Origin: Nitrososphaeraceae archaeon | Lineage (GTDB): Archaea > Thermoproteota > Nitrososphaeria > Nitrososphaerales > Nitrososphaeraceae | Direction of reading: 5' to 3' | DNA length: 64,000 nucleotides | Assembly: GCA_050748485.1 (NCBI GenBank) | Contig: JBOGPP010000106.1 | Span: forward strand, 1,661 to 65,660 | In this document: one piece after another, positions 50,359 through 60,696 of the stretch | How the letters are laid out: every line of letters starts with the position of its first letter | Position numbering within the stretch: position 1 is the stretch's first letter | Notes under the pieces: model-generated | Database searches by the model: none | What the model was told of the DNA's origin: nothing | The model's input: the letters and a program-made list of their open reading frames with translations, nothing else | Position numbers and translations under genes: made by a program

Positions 50359-51402
50359 TTGGTTATATTACAATCGTCAGGCGACGTGATGCGAGACCAG
50401 CATACCAGTAAGAGCGGCAATTCTGCAAAATCAGCAGCTACCACCACTTCGCAGACAAGGAATAGAGATGATGGAACGTTGTCGAGACAACCTGCACCGG
50501 ATTCCAACCTTAGAACTTTGCAAGATTTTAAGAAAACCCTTCTCGAAGAGAAGAAGACAGGTGAAGAGACAATAGAAAGTCTAAACAAGAAAATAGACGA
50601 CACAAAAAGACTCATTGACGATGAACGCATCAATCTGGATGAATTACGAGCTAAATTAAAAGTGGTAAACGAGCAGAAAGATGCCGAATTTGGCAGGTTT
50701 ACCGAACTGAAGAATGCACTCGTTACAGCAAGGACTCAGATGAAGTCTCTTGATGAAAAAGCATCAACTCCACGTTCAAGAAAGGATAGATATGATCTGG
50801 TAAATCTGAATAATCAGCTGGATCAAATTGAGCGCGATATTCAGACAAAGAAGCTTTCGAAGGATGAAGAACGCAGACTGGTTCTGAAGTCAAAGGAAGT
50901 TGCGACCAAACTTTACGCCCTGAAAGCAATTCATAAGAAAGAGGATAGGTTTAGAACTATTTCGATCCAATATGATGTTCTAAAGAACAAGATGAACAAA
51001 CTGTTTAACCAGAAATCTGAGCTAGGTGAGGGCATTGGAAAAATAAAATCAGAGCTAGACGAGTTGCTTAATCTCAGGGAAAGTTTGTATGAAGACCGTC
51101 GTAAGAACATCAGGAATGTAAGGGAAGCTGATGCGAAACTAGAAATGGTTGATACTCAACTTAATGCGATCCAATTCAAGAGAACCAGAGCAGCTTCCGA
51201 GCAACGAGCCAGAAGGTATTCTCGAAGCGAAGGTAAGGAGAATCGATATATCGCCTCTCAAGAAAAAGGTAAACGAAGTAAGGAAAATCAGGATAGGTGG
51301 AATATTCTTAAGGAAGCTGCTCTTAAGAAAATGTCTGGCGGAGAAAAACTGACATTTGAAGAGATGAAACTTATATATGGTGAGAATGGAACTACTGATT
51401 GA
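50359..51402 (+). CDS. Archaeal long coiled-coil protein (COG1340-like)
   Basis: Heptad-rich Lys/Glu helices, IQT..LS..EE..LV, C-terminal A..K...GEKLTFEE. Confidence 0.75.
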   Translation: MVILQSSGDVMRDQHTSKSGNSAKSAATTTSQTRNRDDGTLSRQPAPDSNLRTLQDFKKTLLEEKKTGEETIESLNKKIDDTKRLIDDERINLDELRAKLKVVNEQKDAEFGRFTELKNALVTARTQMKSLDEKASTPRSRKDRYDLVNLNNQLDQIERDIQTKKLSKDEERRLVLKSKEVATKLYALKAIHKKEDRFRTISIQYDVLKNKMNKLFNQKSELGEGIGKIKSELDELLNLRESLYEDRRKNIRNVREADAKLEMVDTQLNAIQFKRTRAASEQRARRYSRSEGKENRYIASQEKGKRSKENQDRWNILKEAALKKMSGGEKLTFEEMKLIYGENGTTD

Positions 51403-51467
51403 AGAGGGTCCTATGTATGGCCTTCAGTAGTAGTGAATTAGAATCTAAATGCTAGTCGTTACTGTAG

Positions 51468-52085
51468 ATGATACTTTTCACCCTTAAAGAAGGTCACCAT
51501 TTAGTAAATGTGGCGCGCGACATTGTCGAAAGACTATTTGATGATAGACGTCCTTCATTGGAACCTTTAATTCAAACTAATGTGAAAGCGGGTGTTTTTG
51601 TGTCCATTCATGACTGCTCGACCGGTGAAAATATCTTGAGGGGTTGTGTTGGTTTCCCACTGCCTAGAGGTGAATTTTGTTCATCGTTAGAGGAAGCTGC
51701 TATCGCAGCTGCCACACAAGATCCGCGATTTAGTCCCATTTCAAAAGAAGAGCTTGGCAAGGTGATCTTTGAGGTAAGTATCTTGAATCGTCCCGAATTG
51801 ATCAGTGTTGCAAAGCCTGCCGACTATTTGACCATGGTGAAGATCGGAGTAGACGGATTAATGCTAAGTTGGGGTGAACACTCGTCATTGTTACTACCTC
51901 AAGTTGCTTTAGAATTTAACTGGACTGTGGATGAATTTCTTAGTAATCTGTGCCATAAGGCAGGTTTAACGCCGGACATGTGGATGAACAAAGACGTTAA
52001 AATATACAAATTTAACTGTGTCATTTTCAGAGAGTCAAAACCCAGAGACGGAATTTATCAGGTAGATGGTCGAACATCTGAATAG
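51468..52085 (+). CDS. AMMECR1-domain protein (AmmeMemoRadiSam protein A)
   Basis: GVFV, LRGCVG, AATQDPRF, EVSIL, G.DGL, LLPQVA, L..LC.KAG. Confidence 0.93.
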   Translation: MILFTLKEGHHLVNVARDIVERLFDDRRPSLEPLIQTNVKAGVFVSIHDCSTGENILRGCVGFPLPRGEFCSSLEEAAIAAATQDPRFSPISKEELGKVIFEVSILNRPELISVAKPADYLTMVKIGVDGLMLSWGEHSSLLLPQVALEFNWTVDEFLSNLCHKAGLTPDMWMNKDVKIYKFNCVIFRESKPRDGIYQVDGRTSE

Positions 52086-52168
52086 GCTAATGATAAGTGC
52101 TCGTTGGTGATCGAATCTGCAACAAATGAAAGCTAAATATTTCTTGCCTTGGGATTGATCCAGGATTC

Positions 52169-53341
52169 TTGTCAAGGATCTATATCTCGCCTTATGGAGT
52201 CGGGCTGGGCCATGCTAGCAGAATGTTGATGCTCGGAGAGCAGGTTAGAGAATTAGGATATGAGGTGTCATTTTCTTCGTTTGGGGAAGCAACTGATTTT
52301 TTGAGGCACAATGGATTTCAATGCGAAAGAGTTCCGCCTCTAGAGCTTTCTTGGACTTCAGAGGGCGCCTTTTCGACAAAGAAAAGCATAGCGAGCATTC
52401 CCTATCAATTCTCAAATTTCTCCAAACAATTGAACGCAGAGATCAGAAATATCGCTGTATATCGACCAGATCTTGTTATCTCGGATACTAGACTCTCTCC
52501 TTTGATAGTTTCCAAAGTCCTCAAAGTACCTTCAGTAGTCATACTAAATCAAATAAGGCTACTACTATCTCCTTCACTGAGAAAAATACGAATTGCTCGT
52601 CTCTACGAAGAAATTAATGGGCAGTTACTTGGCGCCCTCTGGTCCTTCGCAGAGAAGATATTGATACCTGATCTTCCTCCCCCTATGACAATCAGTGAAA
52701 AAAATATCTGGAATGTCAGCACTACCTCAAGTAGGGTAAAATATGTTGGATTCACAGCTCCTAATCCTACCATTGTCCCAAGACGGTTAGAAGAGGCGAG
52801 TCAGATGCTCCATCTTAGTAGCGAAAAGCCATTCATTTTCCTTCATATTAGTGGACCAGAACCTACTCGCAGACCCCTTACCAATATAGTTATGAGTGCC
52901 CTCAAGGAGCTAGAACCACAGATACAATATGTCATATCAGAAGGTAAACCTGGAGGTAACCCTTGTCCACAAAAGATTTCGAATTCAGGTTGGTATTTTG
53001 AATGGTGCCCCATTAGAGATGAGCTTTTTTCCCTATGCCATGCCCTCGTAATAAGGGCTGGTCATGCGTCGATTTCTCAATCCATTCAATTTGGAAAGCC
53101 ATTCTTGTGTATTCCGATAGAGAATCATGGAGAACAGCTGGCTAACTCTGATAAAGTTTCAGAGTTAAAAATCGGCATTTCGTTGAGGCAGGACAAGCTA
53201 ACTCTGGACACCTTAAAGCAGGCGATCATGACTCTGATAGTTAGTAAACAGTATCGTAAGAATGTATCACATCTCATGAAAATTGCGCACGGGCTGAATG
53301 GAGTTCAGAACATCGTGAAAGAGGTTAAACCCTACTTGTAA
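52169..53341 (+). CDS. GT-B glycosyltransferase, GT28/MJ1255-like
   Basis: GVGLGHASR, PDLVISD, RAGHASI, P...HGEQ..N motifs. Confidence 0.85.
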   Translation: MSRIYISPYGVGLGHASRMLMLGEQVRELGYEVSFSSFGEATDFLRHNGFQCERVPPLELSWTSEGAFSTKKSIASIPYQFSNFSKQLNAEIRNIAVYRPDLVISDTRLSPLIVSKVLKVPSVVILNQIRLLLSPSLRKIRIARLYEEINGQLLGALWSFAEKILIPDLPPPMTISEKNIWNVSTTSSRVKYVGFTAPNPTIVPRRLEEASQMLHLSSEKPFIFLHISGPEPTRRPLTNIVMSALKELEPQIQYVISEGKPGGNPCPQKISNSGWYFEWCPIRDELFSLCHALVIRAGHASISQSIQFGKPFLCIPIENHGEQLANSDKVSELKIGISLRQDKLTLDTLKQAIMTLIVSKQYRKNVSHLMKIAHGLNGVQNIVKEVKPYL

Positions 53342-53500
53342 CATTTTTCGATTTTATGCATAGGCGTACTTTGTAAAAACATGGCTTAACAACTGCATCG
53401 TGGACGCGACAGGTTCGTCCTGCGTAGTGGCTCAATTCTGCAGATGCGACAACTTGAAAGACAAATCATCCGGAGACGAATTAAGCCGAGTTCCCGCAGA

Positions 53501-54457
53501 TCAAAGTTCCTTGATTGCCTGCTGAACAGAGATGCGATCAGTCGCTCCAGGCATATAGTACAAGTATTTTTCCAAATCCTCTTTGACTGAACCCTTACCC
53601 GATTTCAGCCTGGCAAACGCTCGATTCTTATATATTGGGCCAAACCTTACAGGGTTTATATCAATGGCCATTGAATACCACTCATCAGCAAAATCGTATT
53701 GTTCATTTTTCAAGTAATAGTTGCCTAACCCTCTGTATGCTAAATAGTATCGTTTGTTTATTTGTATAGCTTTCCTATAACACTCAATAGCTGAGTCGGA
53801 TTTCTGATCACTATATGCTGATCCTAGGGCGTACCAAGCGTGAGGGTTATCTCCGTCCATGCTTACAGCACTAGACAGTTCCTCTACGACTTTGGCAATA
53901 TCCCCTTTCAATCTTAACCTTTCTGCAACAAGGCAGCTACGGTTTGAATTTTGAAACTTAAAATCTCTATCTGACACTATTTCTGCCATATCTGATGGGA
54001 TCAAAATGATTGAAGTCGTATCATCTTCCTCCCACTCTTGTTCAAATCTTTTTTCAGGAACAGCACCCTGTTTGTCTTGCTCCGGCACATAGGTCAGAAT
54101 TCTCCTCTCCTGAGGCTCGTATCCGCATACTATCGTGGCATGTTGAACCAAGTCGTGGATTCCTGGGAGTATTGTTATTATTGGTATCCCTTGATCGATT
54201 GTCTTTTTGATATCCTTCATGTTACTTTTGTACATCATTGATTGGAAGCCATTCTTTTCTGCGACTTCGATTCCTTCAATTAGCACGGATCCTCTGACAG
54301 CCTTGTATTGTATTTTGGCCTTCTCAGAGATGTGAGAAGCGAGATCTTCTCCCCAGTATAATGCCAAGACGTTAAATACGAGAGGCAATTGTGGTGTGTC
54401 TAAGCTGGGGTCTACAATAGGTAATGTTAGGCTATGATCTTCAGAACTAGGGTACAC
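53501..54457 (-). CDS. Peptidase C39-like domain (catalytic Cys absent) plus TPR repeats
   Basis: L..YWG, IDQGIPII, HA.IV.GY, F...W; C-terminal TPRs (AWYALG..Y, AYRGLG.YY, YKNRA). Confidence 0.75.
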   Translation of the reverse strand: MYPSSEDHSLTLPIVDPSLDTPQLPLVFNVLALYWGEDLASHISEKAKIQYKAVRGSVLIEGIEVAEKNGFQSMMYKSNMKDIKKTIDQGIPIITILPGIHDLVQHATIVCGYEPQERRILTYVPEQDKQGAVPEKRFEQEWEEDDTTSIILIPSDMAEIVSDRDFKFQNSNRSCLVAERLRLKGDIAKVVEELSSAVSMDGDNPHAWYALGSAYSDQKSDSAIECYRKAIQINKRYYLAYRGLGNYYLKNEQYDFADEWYSMAIDINPVRFGPIYKNRAFARLKSGKGSVKEDLEKYLYYMPGATDRISVQQAIKEL

Positions 54458-54501
54458 ATTGATGCTTAACTTTCTTAGGAAATAAAAATCATATAGCCGC
54501 C

Positions 54502-55089
54502 TTAGTCCAACGCCATGAAATTAGCCAAGATGCTTTTTCCATCCACGCCACTTACTTCTGGATGAAACTGAGTTCCAAAGATTGGTTTGTCTCTGTGTAA
54601 GAGGATCTCATTTGGGCATGTTTGGGATTCTCCAACAGAGTCTAGGCAGACAGGTAGCCTTGAAACACAATATTTGTGGCTTTTAAACACCGTTATCGTT
54701 TGTTTGCCAAACACGAGAGCATTATCCCACTTCACGGTTACATGACCATAGTCTTTTATTGGCTCTTCGAGTCTTCTTAGCGATCCGCCCAAGGTTAAGG
54801 CAATTATCTGGCATCCGTAACATATTCCTAAAATAGGTATAGTCCTAGAATAACAATATTTGACTAATATAGAATTTGTCATGTTGATACTCGAACTGCC
54901 AATCTTCCTTCCTGATAAAATGACCTTACTGAACCAAGGTAAATTCTCGAATCCAAGTTCATCTGGCCTTATTTCTGAATAGCGCCTACAATCATAGGAA
55001 TATCCCAAGTCACTGATAATATCCCTCAGATTGGGCGTAAACGGAGAGTTGTTATCAACTATTAGGACCTCAAGTGTTTTTTTAGACAT
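54502..55089 (-). CDS. Class I glutamine amidotransferase (GuaA subunit A-like)
   Basis: IVDN, VILSG, PILGICYG.Q (catalytic Cys), SH, GTQFHPE. Confidence 0.88.
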   Translation of the reverse strand: MSKKTLEVLIVDNNSPFTPNLRDIISDLGYSYDCRRYSEIRPDELGFENLPWFSKVILSGRKIGSSSINMTNSILVKYCYSRTIPILGICYGCQIIALTLGGSLRRLEEPIKDYGHVTVKWDNALVFGKQTITVFKSHKYCVSRLPVCLDSVGESQTCPNEILLHRDKPIFGTQFHPEVSGVDGKSILANFMALD

Positions 55090-55142
55090 GGCGGTTCGGA
55101 GTATATTTATAACTGTAAAACCTATTCTTAAAATAGAATCAG

Positions 55143-56012
55143 CTAATCAAAAGTAACTCGATTTCTAATTGTCCCGAGCCTTTCGATAGTAATTTCGACC
55201 ACATCGCCGTCCTTCAAATATCGAGGTTCCTTCATTGACATCGCAACTCCAGCTGGCGTTCCAGTGGAAATAATGTCCCCCGCTTCAATAGTCATGACAC
55301 TACTCAGGCTAGCAATAATCTTCTTAATGGGAAGAACCATATTCATGCTTGAAGAATTCTGTCTCATTTCGCCATTTACCTTTGTGACTATTGAAAGATT
55401 CTGAGGATCTGCTACTTCGTCCTTTGTGGTAATCCAAGGGCCACAAGGTGCAAACGTGTCCATACTTTTGCCTCTGGTGAATTGCTTGTCTTTGAATTGG
55501 ATGTCTCTCGCTGAGACATCATGAAATATCATGTATCCAAACACGACATCTAAAGATCTGTCTTCAGGGATCTTTCTTGCGTTCTTTCCAATGATTGCAG
55601 CTATTTCAGCTTCATAGTCAAGCCTGGTTACAAACTGCGGGCATATTATGTCCTTATATGGTGAATTAAGCGTAGTTCGTGGCTTCATAAATATGACTGG
55701 TTCGTCAGAAGGGGTAAGGCCGGCGTCTCTTGCGTGGTCATAGTAGTTAAAGGCTAAGCATAATATCTTCGGAGGATTTGGAATGGGAACTAGCAAATCC
55801 AAATCCTTTACAAAGTGTGGATAGGTAAGCTTATCGTAGTTTTCCCTGACTTCGTCTAACCAGCCATTAAACATGAATTCTTTAATTGAAACAGGTATAG
55901 GAATTCCAGTCTGTTCTTGAATCTCATTTCTTGTCACAAGTTTTTTTTCGTCACTAGAGATTAAGGCATATGTCTCGGTGTTATTGGAATCTTTTACTCT
56001 GGCTATCTTCAT
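55143..56012 (-). CDS. Fumarylacetoacetate hydrolase family protein
   Basis: KILCLAFNY.DH, P.IFMK, DYEAE, DVSARD.Q, GK..DTF.P.GP, GD.I.TGTPAGV. Confidence 0.93.
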   Translation of the reverse strand: MKIARVKDSNNTETYALISSDEKKLVTRNEIQEQTGIPIPVSIKEFMFNGWLDEVRENYDKLTYPHFVKDLDLLVPIPNPPKILCLAFNYYDHARDAGLTPSDEPVIFMKPRTTLNSPYKDIICPQFVTRLDYEAEIAAIIGKNARKIPEDRSLDVVFGYMIFHDVSARDIQFKDKQFTRGKSMDTFAPCGPWITTKDEVADPQNLSIVTKVNGEMRQNSSSMNMVLPIKKIIASLSSVMTIEAGDIISTGTPAGVAMSMKEPRYLKDGDVVEITIERLGTIRNRVTFD

Positions 56013-56030
56013 TTCATTTCTAATTATTGT

Positions 56031-57767
56031 TTAGCCGTGCGTATATATTGCTACTCCATCAGTTTGCAATCTACAAAAACCAAAGCGGACTAATTGTATA
56101 TGGCTGCCCGATTGGACCTTTGACACGTATGATTCCGCAATTCCATTATATGTGTGAAGACTATCTTTGCTAAATTCTCCATTAATAAAAAGCTTGTCAG
56201 GGACTATAACAGTGAACGGTACCATATCATCATTTGAAACCCATTGAACTTTCGGTATATTTGTCTTTATCTCTGGCCCTGTATTGATTACCCGCAAATG
56301 GTCTATACCATTTTCTTGTATCTTCTCCTCGAGCTGGATGTTGTACATTTCCATAAGTCTGATTTCTTGCCCACTCGCCAATCGGTCAGAATCTGCTCTA
56401 TCTATGAATAGACGATCAGAGATCTTGACATTCCTAGTGCCGAGCTGAGCCGTAGGATGATTTTTTAGTTCAATCTTGCCCAGAATTGGATTGCCAATCC
56501 TAACTTCTACAGGATCTTTAACAAAGAAGAGGCGTAGTGATATCTTGTCGAGTAACTTTCTGTTATACGCTTCAAGCGACTCAAATGGAGGTTTGGTATC
56601 GGCGAGTGAGATTCCCAGAGAAAGGACAAATTTGTGGATTGCCTCTGGAAGTATCCCCCTTTTTCTAAGTGCCGCTAAGGTTGGAAGCCTAGGATCATCC
56701 CATCCAGAGACCAAGCCACCTTCAACAAGAGGTTTTAACTTCCTTTTAGAAACTGGCATCCCTTCAAATTCCAGGCGGGAAAACTCCATCAGCGTAGGCT
56801 GGCGAAGGCACAATGATCTAAGTACCGAAAAATATAGTGCGTTTCGAAGCTCATATTCCTTTGTCCGCATTGCATGGGTGACGCCATCGAGACTATCCTC
56901 GACCGGCGCAGCAAAGTCGTATGTGGGGAACACCCTTATGTTCCTACCAAGCTTCGGGTGGTCGGCGTCGATGATCCTGAATAATGTAGGGTCCCGCATC
57001 GCGGTATTAAGGTCAGACATATCTCCCCTAAATCGTATTATAGCCTCATTCTGTTCAAACGAACCATCGAAAAATTTCTCCAAGCGCTCCATGTGATCAT
57101 TACTGTCGCGGGTCCTGCAGGGACAGTCTACACCTTTTGCTCGCATAGAATGAATTTCGTCTGCCTTGCATGTGCAAACGTATGCATCTTCTTTTGTCAC
57201 CAATCTCCGTCCATAAGAGTGGAGAATCTTGATATCGTCAGATGTATTCTTAATGAGGTCAGGTACGATTCCAAGCCATTCAAGTCCTTCCTTGATAGCA
57301 TCGTAGAATTCCAACCGTTCATTTAGTGGATTTGTGTCATCGAATCTGAGTATTAGCTTTCCCTCATACATCCTTGCATATTCTTGGTCAATTATTGCGG
57401 CCTTAGCGTGCCCGATATGAGGATAGCCATTAGGTTCGGGAGGGAATCTTGTCACGACTTCTCCAACTCTAGCTCCTTGAAGGGGAGGTAGAGTTGGCTC
57501 TTCCTTGCGGTTGGCAGCCTTAACTACATCCTGAAACACTAAAAGTTTAGATGCCATCTTCTCCTGGTCAGGGAAATCGAGCGAGTTAACGTCATCTACA
57601 ATTTTTTTGATAAGAGGAATTAGCTCCTTTATCGTAGGTCGGAGATCGGGCCTCAAACCAACCACCTTTGAGATCACAACGTCATGTTTTGCACTTCCAC
57701 CATATTCTATGGCATTTCTTAATACAATTCTTTTAATTATTTGCTCAATTGCTTCGTCTGAAGTCAT
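56031..57767 (-). CDS. gltX: Glutamate--tRNA ligase (archaeal type)
   Basis: TRFPPEPNGYPHIGH, RFDDTNP, PTYDFA, THAMR.KE, SKR, GWDDPRLPT, Q..RFGF. Confidence 0.97.
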   Translation of the reverse strand: MTSDEAIEQIIKRIVLRNAIEYGGSAKHDVVISKVVGLRPDLRPTIKELIPLIKKIVDDVNSLDFPDQEKMASKLLVFQDVVKAANRKEEPTLPPLQGARVGEVVTRFPPEPNGYPHIGHAKAAIIDQEYARMYEGKLILRFDDTNPLNERLEFYDAIKEGLEWLGIVPDLIKNTSDDIKILHSYGRRLVTKEDAYVCTCKADEIHSMRAKGVDCPCRTRDSNDHMERLEKFFDGSFEQNEAIIRFRGDMSDLNTAMRDPTLFRIIDADHPKLGRNIRVFPTYDFAAPVEDSLDGVTHAMRTKEYELRNALYFSVLRSLCLRQPTLMEFSRLEFEGMPVSKRKLKPLVEGGLVSGWDDPRLPTLAALRKRGILPEAIHKFVLSLGISLADTKPPFESLEAYNRKLLDKISLRLFFVKDPVEVRIGNPILGKIELKNHPTAQLGTRNVKISDRLFIDRADSDRLASGQEIRLMEMYNIQLEEKIQENGIDHLRVINTGPEIKTNIPKVQWVSNDDMVPFTVIVPDKLFINGEFSKDSLHTYNGIAESYVSKVQSGSHIQLVRFGFCRLQTDGVAIYTHG

Positions 57768-57776
57768 CTTGAGGAT

Positions 57777-58784
57777 TTAAACCGTCCTCTCGACGATGAA
57801 ATGAGCCGAAGCAATGATTTTTCTCTTTGGTATACTATCATCATATTGAGAGATCGATTCTATAGCTTTTTGGATATGTCGCCTCGCATTATCTCTCACT
57901 TCTTGCTCAATACCTAATGAAGAAATTGCTTTCACCGCTTCCAGAATCTCTGTACTAGCGGCATTTCTGGAGGCAAAGACTCTTAGGATCTTATCCCGAT
58001 TGTAGTTATTACTGATTTTTAACGCGAGGAGAATGGGTAGTGTTTTTTTGCCTTCCCTTAGGTCATTTCCGACGGATTTGCCGGTCAATTTTGCATCACC
58101 TATTACTCCTATCAGATCGTCAATGAGTTGAAATGCGATCCCTACATTTTCTCCGAACTGAGTTAAGGCACCTACATCTTCCTCCCTAGAAGTTGGAGCA
58201 GAAAGTACACCCAGAGCACAAGATAACCCAAATAGAGCCGCCGTTTTCTTGCTTATCATTGAGAGGTATTCACGTTCATCAATAAACCTATCTTCAAACG
58301 CTATCCCGAGGTCAAGAGCTTGCCCCTCACATACGTCAACGCAGGCATTTGACAGCCTAGATACCATTTCACAAATTCTACTGTCAGAAGTACCTAACTT
58401 TCTACAATTTTCAACGATCATCAGGTACGCTTTTGAAAATAATACGTCTCCAGCTAGGATTGCTAGCGGAAGTCCGTACGACTTGTGAACGGTGGGAACA
58501 CTATGTCTGACATCGTCATTATCCATTATGTCGTCATGAACGAGGGAAAAATTATGGATCATCTCAACTGAAGCTGCTGCTGGTAGAGCCTTGATCTTTG
58601 TTCCTCCAAACATCTCGCAAGATTTTACAACCATAAATGGTCTAAGTCTCTTGCCACCACTACTGATATAATGAGCCGAAGCGGAGTAAAGTTCTGAAGG
58701 GTTGCCCTTTAATCTTGCCAGCATATATTTGTTCATTTCCGATGCAGTAGACTCCATTTCTTCATCTATATCCGGTATATTCAA
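57777..58784 (-). CDS. Geranylgeranyl diphosphate synthase
   Basis: GGKRLRP, FARM HDDIMD, RH, AGD, GQ..D, KTA, SARM FQLIDD, DLREGKKT. Confidence 0.95.
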   Translation of the reverse strand: MNIPDIDEEMESTASEMNKYMLARLKGNPSELYSASAHYISSGGKRLRPFMVVKSCEMFGGTKIKALPAAASVEMIHNFSLVHDDIMDNDDVRHSVPTVHKSYGLPLAILAGDVLFSKAYLMIVENCRKLGTSDSRICEMVSRLSNACVDVCEGQALDLGIAFEDRFIDEREYLSMISKKTAALFGLSCALGVLSAPTSREEDVGALTQFGENVGIAFQLIDDLIGVIGDAKLTGKSVGNDLREGKKTLPILLALKISNNYNRDKILRVFASRNAASTEILEAVKAISSLGIEQEVRDNARRHIQKAIESISQYDDSIPKRKIIASAHFIVERTV

Positions 58785-59875
58785 TATTCATTCGCCTCAG
58801 ATCGCAATTCGCCTGTCAAGATATATTTGGTACTTTTGAGTGTCTTCATGTCTCCAGCACCTACCAGAAACATTGTGCTCTTCAGCTCAGCAATTACAGT
58901 GTCTGCAAATTGATACAGTCTCTCTTTCGATTGAACTGCGTTTACGAGAAATGGATATGCCATAGCACACATATCAGCCCCTATTGCGATACACTTTGCA
59001 ATTTCTAACCCATTGCGTATACCTCCTGAGGCGATTAAAGGCAACTTCATCAGCGCTCTCCTAACTACTATAATACTCAATGCAGTAGGTATCCCCCAGT
59101 CCCAAAACAATTCGCCAAGCTGTGTTTTCAGTCTTTCGCTTGCGCTTTCCGCACGTACTTTCTCAACTCCAGCCCAACTGGTACCTCCTGCTCCGGCAAC
59201 ATTTATCGCAGAAACGCCGACTTCGTTCAGCTTCAGTGCTGCCTCCCTGGATATCCCGGCACCAACTTCCTTTGCCATTACTGGAACACCTATAACTTTC
59301 ACCAGATCGGATATGCATTTAAGGACTCCCGAGTATCTTGGTTCTCCTTCAGGTTGTACCAACTCCTGGAGCGGATTAAGGTGAACCACTAGCGCATCAG
59401 CATTTATCATCTCTATCAACTTTTTCACTTTGTCAATTGAAAGACCACTTGACAGCTGTGCACCCCCTATGTTGGCTATGAGAAAGGCGTTTGGTGCCTT
59501 CTTTCTTGCTATAGTGTAACTGTCTGCGAGTTTTTCACTTACCAATCCCGCTCTTTGAGAGCCAACACCCATCGGAAGTGAGTATGACTCAGCCAGCTCG
59601 GCGAGTCTACCATTTATCAGCAAGGCCTTTGCTGTCCCCCCTGTCATAGAATCAATGATGAGAGGAGCAGAGAATCGACGTCCTAGGAATATTGAAGTTG
59701 TATCGATATCACTTAAATTTAGTTCAGGAATTGCATCATGCACTAATTTCACGTACTCAAGAAAAGTAGATGTGGTTTTTGCCTGGACGTTACGATTAAG
59801 GGGAATATCAATGCCCTCCTGCTTCCTTTTCATAATATCGCGGGCCTCTTCTTCTAGCCTTACAGGGTCTGTCAT
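58781..59875 (-). CDS. fni: Type 2 isopentenyl-diphosphate delta-isomerase
   Basis: RK, SMTGG, GVGSQR, ANIG, HLNPLQE.VQPEG, KEVG.G, GAGGTSW, ASGGIR.G. Confidence 0.96.
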   Translation of the reverse strand: MTDPVRLEEEARDIMKRKQEGIDIPLNRNVQAKTTSTFLEYVKLVHDAIPELNLSDIDTTSIFLGRRFSAPLIIDSMTGGTAKALLINGRLAELAESYSLPMGVGSQRAGLVSEKLADSYTIARKKAPNAFLIANIGGAQLSSGLSIDKVKKLIEMINADALVVHLNPLQELVQPEGEPRYSGVLKCISDLVKVIGVPVMAKEVGAGISREAALKLNEVGVSAINVAGAGGTSWAGVEKVRAESASERLKTQLGELFWDWGIPTALSIIVVRRALMKLPLIASGGIRNGLEIAKCIAIGADMCAMAYPFLVNAVQSKERLYQFADTVIAELKSTMFLVGAGDMKTLKSTKYILTGELRSEANEY

Positions 59876-59878
59876 TTC

Positions 59879-60655
59879 TTATCTCCTACCCTTAGGTGAA
59901 ATCGCTGGAATCATAGTTCCTTCCACCTCTAGTCCCCTCAGAATATCAAATACTCGTTCGGCGTTCAGTCCATTCACAATGTTAACGTCGATGCCCAGCC
60001 TGGCAATTTCAAAAGCCTCTGAAATTTTTCTCCCCATACCCCCAGTAACATCAATTGGGGTATCCATGATACTGATTTCATTAGTAGGAAAATTCAGTAC
60101 CTTTACCAGCTTTTTATTTGTCATATCTTCGTAAATACCATCTACATTTACCGTGAATATTACTCTTGATGGCAAGAGGTATGTAGCAATACTTGTCATC
60201 AAAGAATCACCTGATACGATAGAAAATCTCCCTTCATTGAGGTGTACCACGTCGCCAAAAATGACCGGAACAATACCACGTCGAGTATATTCGACTAGCT
60301 CATTGATCTTGGTAACATTAACCTTTCCATCTGCAAAAAGCGTAGTGGGGGAAATTCCATAGGGTGCGAGCCCAGCCTCCAACATAGATTTAATAATAAT
60401 CTGATTCAGAGCTACCATTGATTCATGCACCATAGATATTCCTCGGGAATCATACAATTCAGCCTTAGTATGCATGTTGTACTTCACTGACCAATAATGA
60501 CCAAATGAACCTCCGCCATGAACTACGATAAATGAATCACCAAGCTTCGCGAGAACGTGTGAAAGCCCATCTATTGCTTGAATATTCGGAGTCAGCGCTC
60601 GATCTTTTACTGTGATAACAGAGCCTCCGAGCTTAATAAGCAACGTCTGAGTCAT
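59879..60655 (-). CDS. ipk: Isopentenyl phosphate kinase
   Basis: KLGGSVIT.K, VHGGGSFGH, P..FGD, SGD, DVTGGM..K; position in the mevalonate operon. Confidence 0.93.
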   Translation of the reverse strand: MTQTLLIKLGGSVITVKDRALTPNIQAIDGLSHVLAKLGDSFIVVHGGGSFGHYWSVKYNMHTKAELYDSRGISMVHESMVALNQIIIKSMLEAGLAPYGISPTTLFADGKVNVTKINELVEYTRRGIVPVIFGDVVHLNEGRFSIVSGDSLMTSIATYLLPSRVIFTVNVDGIYEDMTNKKLVKVLNFPTNEISIMDTPIDVTGGMGRKISEAFEIARLGIDVNIVNGLNAERVFDILRGLEVEGTMIPAISPKGRR

Positions 60656-60696
60656 TAATCTTAGAGTGGCATAATTTCCATTACTGATTTAAAGCT

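Noticed and set aside
53386-53469. 27-aa five-Cys ORF (MICLSSCRIC...RCSC) as a RiPP precursor
   Set aside because: No promoter or RBS evidence and no adjacent modifying enzyme; likely a by-product of the GC-rich structured sequence.
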